NCBI GenBank assembly: GCA_964252075.1
Contig: CAXULY010000077.1
Coordinates: forward strand, 1 to 14,254
Reading direction: 5' to 3'
DNA: 14,254 bases
Origin: an uncultured Deinococcaceae bacterium
GTDB lineage: Bacteria; Deinococcota; Deinococci; Deinococcales; Deinococcaceae
Position 1 is the first letter of the stretch. Each line of letters opens with the position of its first letter. Of the stretch, positions 8,232-14,254 are shown piece by piece. The translations under genes were made by a program, and so were the position numbers. The notes below the pieces were generated by a model that worked only from the letters and a program-made list of their open reading frames with translations, searched no databases and was not told where the DNA came from.

Positions 8232-8897
8232 TCAGTCGTCCTGGAAGGGCAGCAGCTCAGCCGCCGTGATGCGCCGCACGGCGTTCGAGCCCACGGCAGC
8301 GTTCTGGTCATACCGCACGATGTTCCACCCCGCGTCCAGCTGGACGTCGGCGATCTGCGCGCCGTCCGAATGACAGCTGACACTGCCAGGGAACGTCCCT
8401 GTCAGCGTCGTGGCGCGCGTCGCGAAGATCAGCAGGTCGGACTGCCGGGTGTCCGGGTTGACGCTCCACACCGGGCTGTCGAACTTCGGCAGTTTCACGA
8501 GGCCAATGGCGCCCACCACCACCTGGGCCTGCGCGTCGCTGCTCGTGAGGAGCGGTGCGGCGCACCGGAACCACTCCGTCGCCGCGTTCAGCGCGCCGCT
8601 CGCCGCCTGCCGCTCGGTGCCCGCCAGGCCCTGCTCACCCGGCAGGGTGAGGGTGCCGCGACCCTGGGCGTCGGTGTCGACCGTGCCGAGCAGCGTCGCG
8701 CCGCGATCGTTGAAGTCGTGCGGGTGCCCGAAGGTCCTGAACTCGACGTGCTGCGCGCCGTGCGTCCAGCTGTTCGGGTCGTTCGTCTCGGACAGCTGAA
8801 TGGAGAGGCTCAGGCCGGACAGCGGAGCCACCACGGGGGTGGGGGCGGCGCAGGCGGCGAGCGCCAGGGGCACGGCCAGCAGGGGCAGCAGTCGCAT
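8232..8897 (-). CDS. Lipoprotein of unknown function, 221 aa
   Basis: MRLLPLLAVPLALAAC is a signal peptide II with lipobox LAAC. The mature part is beta-rich with two further Cys and a C-terminal LDAGWNIV motif. TACAGT (8909-8904) lies 6 nt before ATG 8897, which supports this start rather than 8963. Confidence 0.82.
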   Translation of the reverse strand: MRLLPLLAVPLALAACAAPTPVVAPLSGLSLSIQLSETNDPNSWTHGAQHVEFRTFGHPHDFNDRGATLLGTVDTDAQGRGTLTLPGEQGLAGTERQAASGALNAATEWFRCAAPLLTSSDAQAQVVVGAIGLVKLPKFDSPVWSVNPDTRQSDLLIFATRATTLTGTFPGSVSCHSDGAQIADVQLDAGWNIVRYDQNAAVGSNAVRRITAAELLPFQDD

Positions 8898-9714
8898 GCA
8901 ACCACTGTAAGCGGGAGAGCAGCCATGGTTGTGGGGCAAGGGCGCGACAGTCGGCGCAGGCACACAGCCGATTTCTTTTCGCGGGCGGGACGGGGGCTGG
9001 CCTTCTGCGCCTTGACAGGACGGCAGGGGACATCCACGACGGCTGGTGCTCGAGCAATGAATGGTGGGTTGTGGGGCAGTCCGGAGCGAAGGAGCTTCGC
9101 GCCTTGGTGACTGACTGGCCCTGCACGCTTTCTGGCATCGGCCGCGAAAAAACCCATCATCGCCAAGGGGTTCGACGCCCTGACGCTCTCACTGCGGCCG
9201 ATAGCGGACCGAGCCTGAGGCGCAGCGACGTTCAGTCCGCTCGCAACGGACCTCGCGCGCCGTGGCGCACATCGCCTGCGCCACATCGTAAGGGCGCGCG
9301 TCAGTCACGGCTGCGCGAAACATACCGGAGGCCGCGGAGGCGGCGGGTTCCCGTTCCCACCCGTTGAGCGCCACATTCGTGCCAGTCAGTCTGCTACAGC
9401 AACGACAGAACCTGCCCAGGGGCGAGCTGGGTTCCTGACGCGCATATGGGGTGTAGGGTCACGGCACAAATGAGGGCTGATGCATGACGATCATGGTCTT
9501 GACCAGGGGGTCGAGCGCACCGCATGATCGGACTGCCTTGATTGATGAGTTCCTCGTCCTACCGAAGCGATGGGGACCGCGGAAGAGCGCGCTGAACGAC
9601 AAGAACGGCATGTTGGCCTAATGACTCCACCAGCCGTTCCTTGCACTCCTCTCCGTTTCCCCGAGCTCCTTATCAGTGAAAGGCGCCGGGAACGGATGCA
9701 GCGAAGTCCAGTAA

Positions 9715-9744
9715 TTGACCAGACCGTCCATAACGATCTATGCT
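9715..9744 (+). promoter_or_regulatory. Sigma70-type promoter of tetR (TTGACC-N18-TATGCT), leaderless, with overlapping operator TTGAC-N6-GTCCA (9715-9730)
   Basis: -35 at 9715-9720, -10 at 9739-9744, ATG 6 nt later at 9751. An imperfect palindrome covers the -35. Confidence 0.7.
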
Positions 9745-9750
9745 GTGGCT

Positions 9751-10341
9751 ATGGCGCGCCCCCGAAAGTTTGTAGAGCAGGATGTCGTTGCGGCAGCGCG
9801 TGAAGCGTTTACCCAAAAAGGGTATGGCGGTACCACCTTGGACGATCTCGTCACCGCGACGGGTCTGGGCAAGCAGAGCCTGTACAACGCCTTTGGTGGG
9901 AAGCGGGAGCTGTACCTGCGGGCCCTCACGGCGAGCGCCGCAGACGCCGTGACCGCGGTCGATGAGGCGTTGACGCACAGCGACACCACCCCGCTCGACC
10001 GCATTCGTGGGCATCTGCTCAAACTCGCCATTGCCTTCAGCGGGACCGAATCCGAGGCGGACCTGCTCACCAAGGCCACCGTGGAACGAGCGGGCCACGA
10101 CAGTGACGTGGCGCACTCGACCCTCCTGACGTTTACACGCCTTGAGGGGACGTACCGTCAGTGCATCGTGGAGGCGCAGGACGCCGGTGAGATCGCCCGT
10201 GAACGGTCCCCGGACGCGCTGGCTGCGTTCTTTGTCGCGCTGACGCGCGGCATGGAAGTGATGGGCAACGCTGGCGTTGATCGCGCCGCCCTGACAACGG
10301 TTGCCCTGACGTCACTTGAACTGGTCGCCGCACAAGGCTGA
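9751..10341 (+). CDS. TetR/AcrR-family transcriptional regulator (NemR/ComR-like), 196 aa
   Basis: MARPRKF...AFTQKGYGGTTLDDLVTATGLGKQSLYNAFGGKRELY is a TetR HTH. C-terminal EAQDAGEI...DALAAFFVALTRGM is typical of this subfamily. Confidence 0.93.
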   Translation: MARPRKFVEQDVVAAAREAFTQKGYGGTTLDDLVTATGLGKQSLYNAFGGKRELYLRALTASAADAVTAVDEALTHSDTTPLDRIRGHLLKLAIAFSGTESEADLLTKATVERAGHDSDVAHSTLLTFTRLEGTYRQCIVEAQDAGEIARERSPDALAAFFVALTRGMEVMGNAGVDRAALTTVALTSLELVAAQG

Positions 10342-10366
10342 CGGGCAGTCGGCTCTCGTCATGCCG

Positions 10367-10391
10367 CGACTCACCCGCAGCGGGTGAGTCG
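10367..10391 (+). terminator. Perfect GC-rich hairpin after tetR (possible terminator or stabiliser, no U-tract)
   Basis: CGACTCACCCG-CAG-CGGGTGAGTCG, an 11-bp perfect stem 25 nt after the tetR stop. Confidence 0.55.
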
Positions 10392-10497
10392 GGCTGGCCA
10401 TCAGGGTTAGCGTGCTGCATCGCCTGATATGAAACGAATTATTGTCCTTTAGGACAAAAAAGCGATGCGGGCCACCTTCACTTTGAAAAACAAAGCG

Positions 10498-10520
10498 TAG
10501 GTTATGGACCAGGCGGTAAA
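10498..10520 (+). promoter_or_regulatory. Putative -10 (TAGGTT) and TetR operator TGGACC-N4-GGTAAA upstream of SDR
   Basis: TAGGTT at 10498-10503 follows an AT-rich tract. The palindrome at 10505-10520 shares GTTATGGAC with the reverse complement of the tetR operator region. Confidence 0.6.
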
Positions 10521-10545
10521 GAACAGGCCGTAGAAGGAGCATCAC

Positions 10546-11298
10546 ATGACACAGGAACTCCAGGGAAAGACCGCGCTCGTCACCGGCGCCAGCACCGGCA
10601 TCGGCCTCGCCATCGCCCAGGCCTTCATTGACGCGGGCGCACACGTCTTCATCACCGGACGTCGCCAGGAGCAGCTGAACGCCGCCGCGCAGAAACTCGG
10701 ACCCAACGCCACCGCCATCCAGGGCGACGTCGCCCAGCTCGACCAGCTCGACCGCATCTACGACACCATCACCGCCAGCGGACGCCAGCTCGACGTCCTC
10801 GTCGCCAATGCCGGCGGCGGCAGCTTCCTCCCCCTCGGCCAGATCACCGAGGCCCACTACGACGACACCTTCGACAGCAACGTCAAGGGCACCCTCTTCA
10901 CCGTCCAGAAGGCGCTCCCGCTGCTGAGGAACGGCGCCTCCATCATCCTCACCGCCTCCAATGCCACCGTCGTCGGCACGCCCGCCTTCAGCGTCTACAG
11001 CGCCAGCAAGGCGGCCATCCGGTCCTTCGCCCGAACGTGGGCACTCGACCTCAAGGACCGCGCCATTCGCGTCAACGCCGTGAGCCCCGGCGCGACCCTC
11101 ACGCCAGGCCTACTCGACCTCGCCCCTGACGAAGCGCAGGCACAGGCCATGTTCGACTCCATCACGTCCACCATCCCACTCGGCCGCCTCGCTCAACCCC
11201 GCGAGATCGCTGACGCGTTCGTCTTCCTGGCCTCGGACCGCAGCAGCTTCATCACGGGCACGGAACTGTTCGTCGACGGCGGTCAGGGCCAGGTGTAA
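10546..11298 (+). CDS. Classical short-chain dehydrogenase/reductase (SDR), 250 aa
   Basis: TGASTGIG Rossmann motif, VANAG, catalytic YSASK, IRVNAVSPG, FITGTELFVDGG. RBS AAGGAG at 10534-10539. Confidence 0.95.
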   Translation: MTQELQGKTALVTGASTGIGLAIAQAFIDAGAHVFITGRRQEQLNAAAQKLGPNATAIQGDVAQLDQLDRIYDTITASGRQLDVLVANAGGGSFLPLGQITEAHYDDTFDSNVKGTLFTVQKALPLLRNGASIILTASNATVVGTPAFSVYSASKAAIRSFARTWALDLKDRAIRVNAVSPGATLTPGLLDLAPDEAQAQAMFDSITSTIPLGRLAQPREIADAFVFLASDRSSFITGTELFVDGGQGQV

Positions 11299-11864
11299 TC
11301 AGGCCCTTTAAAACGGGACACCACCCCATACGCCGCGCGCTGTGAAACGCCACGATTCACTGACCCTCGTCGGTTGAGGCGCTCCTGATCCCCCGCCACC
11401 CGACATGCAGCGGGTTACCGTCGAAGCGGTCATCTGTGCACACAGCGATGCGCCGCTGGCCCTGATGCCCACCTCCGATCGGGTCTCATCCCCTGGCGCA
11501 ACGACGAAGCCCACCACGGCTGATAGGCCGTCCCTTGCTCCCTAGACCTCGAAACCACGGTGCGTTCGGTGCAGCACGCACGAAGCCCCGTCATGGCTCT
11601 CCTTCGTGTGTCGGTGCGAATCAAGGCGTCTGGGTGGAGCTGTAAGGACAACCCCTGCCTCTTCCGCTTCAGTCCGCGCTGCAGCACCCACTCCATCACG
11701 TCGCCGTCATCACTGCAGGTAAAACCCCGGCAAGCCCAGCCACGACGCTTTGGCCGGTGAGGAACCTACTGTCCACCGCGCTGATTCGCCCTACAGGAAG
11801 GTCAAGCTCCACAGCCCGGCTGTGTTGCGGTCCGCCTCGGTTCGGACGCCTTGCAGACAAGAAC

Positions 11865-11895
11865 TGCGGGGGGTGCTTGATCAAGCACCCCCGCA
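11865..11895 (-). terminator. Intrinsic terminator of the RNA ligase gene
   Basis: Near-perfect palindrome TGCGGGGGGTGCTTGA/TCAAGCACCCCCGCA (one bulged base) starts 3 nt after the ligase stop and is followed on the minus strand by GTTCTTGTCT. Confidence 0.75.
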
Positions 11896-11898
11896 TCT

Positions 11899-12936
11899 TC
11901 AGTTGATGGCGTCGCCCGCGTCCTTGTACTTGGGGTTCAGCACCTTCAGCTGCAACCGCGATCCGTCCTCCGCACGCCGCGCGGGGTCCGATGGGCGCAC
12001 CACCACGCCCTCCTTGAGGTGCAGCGCCCGGCCCGATACGGTTTCCTGTCCCTTCGCGAGGTCCTGCATGCGCGCCAGATCCAGCGGCCCTTCGTCCAGC
12101 ACGGGGGCCCACAGCGCCTGCAGTTCCTCCGGCAGGTCCGTCTGCGTGACGCCCTCCCCGTTCACACGCACGTCGAAGAGGCGGACCGTCGGGGTGTCGA
12201 AGCCGTAGGTGAAACCCTTCTGTACGGGCAGCACCTCCCCGAACAGCTGCACCTCCGCGCCCGGGAAGGCCTCGCGCGCCAGGTCCGGCAGTTTGGCCGC
12301 CCGCACCGCCCGCCAGTAGGTGTTCGTGTCGTCTTCCCGAATCCGCAGGCCGCGCGCCGCCAGGCCCTTGGAGGTCACACTCACCTCTATGGGCGTCACA
12401 TGGACGTTTACCTGGGTGCCGTGCAGCTTCTCCGTCACGATCACCGCTTCACCCGGTGCGAACTCCGGCAGGTACGCGCCCAGATGCAGGACGTCGTGCT
12501 CCCCGAAGTGCTGCGCGCCCTCAATGGGCTCGACCTGCCCCGCGAGGCCCTGCGGAATGGGCGGCTCGTACTTCGTCATGCCCAGCACCGCCGCGACGTT
12601 CTCCCCGATTTTCGCCGCCTGAATCGTCCGCTCGACGTCCGCTCCGAAGCGGCGCAGGTCGTCCAGCGGCCAGGTGACGCCGCCGGAGAACTCGCCGCGC
12701 AGCCGCAGGTGCGTCACGCGGTCGCGGTCCGGGCAGACCAGGTAGGACGCGAAGGCGTCGCGCAGGGGTCCTTCGGGGAGGAGGCTCTTCTCGGCGATGA
12801 AGAGCACCACGTCGCCGTCCTGATAGGTGCCTTTGCGGGCGACGAGCTGGTGCTGACCGACCTTGAGGAGGTCGAGGGCGTCCGCGTTGGGGTGCGGGCG
12901 CAGGAGGATGCGCTGTTTGCTGACGGTCCAGTCCAT
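11899..12936 (-). CDS. rnl: ATP-dependent RNA ligase, DRB0094/DraRnl family, 345 aa
   Basis: N-terminal module HPNADALDLLKVG...LFIAEKSLLP...LRLRGEFS. Nucleotidyltransferase motifs: I VTEKLHGT, III QLFGEV, IIIa RLFDV, IV KEGVVVRP, V LKVLNPKY. ATG 12936 is preceded by purine-rich GGAAAGAG. Confidence 0.9.
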   Translation of the reverse strand: MDWTVSKQRILLRPHPNADALDLLKVGQHQLVARKGTYQDGDVVLFIAEKSLLPEGPLRDAFASYLVCPDRDRVTHLRLRGEFSGGVTWPLDDLRRFGADVERTIQAAKIGENVAAVLGMTKYEPPIPQGLAGQVEPIEGAQHFGEHDVLHLGAYLPEFAPGEAVIVTEKLHGTQVNVHVTPIEVSVTSKGLAARGLRIREDDTNTYWRAVRAAKLPDLAREAFPGAEVQLFGEVLPVQKGFTYGFDTPTVRLFDVRVNGEGVTQTDLPEELQALWAPVLDEGPLDLARMQDLAKGQETVSGRALHLKEGVVVRPSDPARRAEDGSRLQLKVLNPKYKDAGDAIN

Positions 12937-13026
12937 ACAGTCTCTTTCCGAAGGGGCGGCGTGGCGGTCGTCCGACACGCAAGGAGCGCCCGGTTGGGGC
13001 GCTCGCAACTCGCACACTTCCGAAAC

Positions 13027-13032
13027 AGGGTA
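13027..13032 (-). promoter_or_regulatory. Putative -10 (TACCCT) for the RNA ligase, giving an ~85-nt 5' UTR
   Basis: TAnnnT on the minus strand about 90 nt upstream of the ATG. The UTR contains the hairpin GAGCGCCC-N5-GGGCGCTC (12984-13004). Confidence 0.4.
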
Positions 13033-13046
13033 GGGAAGGGCGTTGG

Positions 13047-13082
13047 CCCTCCGCCAGCTGACCTACGACAGGTGGCGGAGGG
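13047..13082. repeat. 10-bp perfect inverted repeat with 16-nt spacer
   Basis: CCCTCCGCCA (13047-13056) and TGGCGGAGGG (13073-13082). Internal CTG/CAG can extend the stem. Confidence 0.8.
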
Positions 13083-13130
13083 TACTCGGCTGGGCATTTA
13101 GCGTTTCGGGTTTCGCTTGATCGGGGCTGC

Positions 13131-13363
13131 GGGGTCACGGGTGCGGGGTTATGGCTCGGATGGAGGGGCACCTTGCGCAGCCCACGTGAAGGACGCCTGG
13201 AGGGCTTGAGTCGTGCCGGGTGCTGCCCGTGACCTCCCTCAACGGTGGGCGTTGGCCGACCGGCCACAACCCATTCGATGGGGAGATTGCAGGAGCGATA
13301 CGCCATGTAAGGCCGCGTCTTGAGGAAGCGCGGAACAGGGCTTGAGTCCCCAGCCATTCGCCC
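13131..13363 (+). ncRNA. Candidate structured non-coding RNA(s), unassigned family
   Basis: Nested stems at 13131-13236 and a run of consecutive hairpins at 13247-13363, found by eye. Non-Watson-Crick positions are mostly G-U on the + strand. No convincing CDS in the region. Confidence 0.3.
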
Positions 13364-13535
13364 CGTGTGGTGCAGCCGGAGGACTTTGCGGCTCAATCGC
13401 GCCAGCATCACGGTGGCACCGAGGCGGCTTCGGCCGGGCAACACACCCGAATCGGCATCCGCCTGCGACGCCGTTGGGCGCGCGCCTCGATACGGCGCCA
13501 AGCACGCCAACGCCACGGTCTCAGGGAAGGTCGGG

Positions 13536-14254
13536 TTAGTGTTTGGGGAAGTCCTCGCGCTGCACCGCCGCGTCCTGTTCAAGGTCGTTCGCGCGGCGCT
13601 GCTCGCCCTCCAGTTGCGCGCGCAGCTGCGCGAGGCGCTCCCGCGTCTCCCGCGCGGCCGCCTCCAGCGCCGCCGTGCGCGTTTGCGCATCCTGCACCTG
13701 CGCCTGCATGTACATCAGTTCCTGATCGTTGTGCACCGCCTGCGCCTCCAGGTCCGCGATGTGCTGCTGCTGCGCGGCGGCGTCGCGCTCCAGGTCGGCC
13801 TTCTGCTCCGCGTGCGTCACGCCCTGCGCCTCCAGCGCGCGGACGCGCGTGAGGGCGTCCTCCCCGGCCTGGTGGAGGGCGGTCAACTCCTGCTCCCCCC
13901 GGGCCCGCTCGGTGCTGAGGAGCTGCGTGCGCGTCTGGGCGCTGAGCTGCTGCAGGGCGGTGATCTGCGCGACGGTGCTGGCCTCGTTCAGCGCCAGCGC
14001 CACCAGCGCTTCCAGGTCCGCGGCCTGCTGGTGCACGAGTTGACTGACGTTGGTGAGCAGGTGCGCGCTGATGTGCTCGATGGGGGTGCCGCGAATCTCG
14101 CTGAGGGTGTGCTGAATGGCGTCGCGCAGGCGGTCCGCGGTGTCAAGCTGCGCGCGGGAGGACGCGACGATGGCTTCGAGGGCGGCGACGTGCGGCGTGG
14201 CGGCCTCGTGCATGGCGCTCAGGGGCAGGGCGTGGAGTTGCGCAAGGGTGCGGG
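13536..14254 (-). CDS. Alpha-helical coiled-coil hypothetical protein, 5'-truncated by the window edge
   Basis: The frame stays open from ATG 14213 to the edge (RTLAQLHALPLSAMHE...). Rich in A/L/Q/E/R with heptad-like periodicity and strong GC3 bias. Stop TAA at 13538-13536. Confidence 0.8.
   Translation of the reverse strand, partial: RTLAQLHALPLSAMHEAATPHVAALEAIVASSRAQLDTADRLRDAIQHTLSEIRGTPIEHISAHLLTNVSQLVHQQAADLEALVALALNEASTVAQITALQQLSAQTRTQLLSTERARGEQELTALHQAGEDALTRVRALEAQGVTHAEQKADLERDAAAQQQHIADLEAQAVHNDQELMYMQAQVQDAQTRTAALEAAARETRERLAQLRAQLEGEQRRANDLEQDAAVQREDFPKH

Noticed and set aside
11299..11864. Short ORFs between the convergent SDR and ligase genes (e.g. 11430-11699 minus strand)
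   Set aside because: No recognisable motifs and weak codon bias; probably decayed or non-coding DNA.
12019..13101. 360-aa + strand ORF, and the Arg/Pro-rich 12521-13690 minus-strand ORF
   Set aside because: Shadow or alternate-frame ORFs overlapping the RNA ligase, with non-protein-like composition.
13243..13363. Canonical tRNA (Tyr-like 5' end, GTA triplet, T-arm-like GGGCTTGAGTCCC)
   Set aside because: No TTCRA T-loop, no proper 7-bp acceptor or 5-bp anticodon stem, and too long. Kept only as an unassigned structured-RNA candidate.
13325..13400. c-di-GMP riboswitch (minus strand GCAAAGTCCTCCGG like class I; plus strand GTGGTGCAGCCGG like class II)
   Set aside because: The class I GNRA-capped first stem and tetraloop receptor are missing, and the class II pseudoknot partner is not in position. 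A cmscan against Rfam would be decisive.
1..14254. CRISPR array, rRNA, intact IS/transposase, integrase
   Set aside because: No regularly spaced repeats, rRNA-like sequence, or DDE, HUH or tyrosine-recombinase motifs were recognised.

Overview
High-GC bacterial accessory-type region. The gene repertoire and the many TAnnnT -10 elements sitting 5-6 nt before start codons suggest Deinococcus, possibly a plasmid or chromid (inference). In order, the window holds: an S51 (peptidase E-like) peptidase; a patch of small hypothetical ORFs including an orphan winged-helix protein; a heavily decayed sensor histidine kinase (3192-4018) that the ORF track misses because it is split across three frames; a large PAS-GAF-PAS-GAF-PAS-GGDEF-EAL c-di-GMP enzyme; a lipoprotein; a TetR + SDR module with two related operator palindromes; a stand-alone DRB0094-family (DraRnl-type) ATP-dependent RNA ligase with its own terminator; and a coiled-coil protein truncated at the right edge. 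The best candidate for new biology is the ~600-bp hairpin-dense intergenic region upstream of the RNA ligase. It contains two units bounded by the same 11-bp and 12-bp motifs and could encode structured ncRNA(s) linked to RNA repair. This is a hypothesis, not a demonstrated system. No canonical tRNA, rRNA, CRISPR array or intact transposase was recognised.
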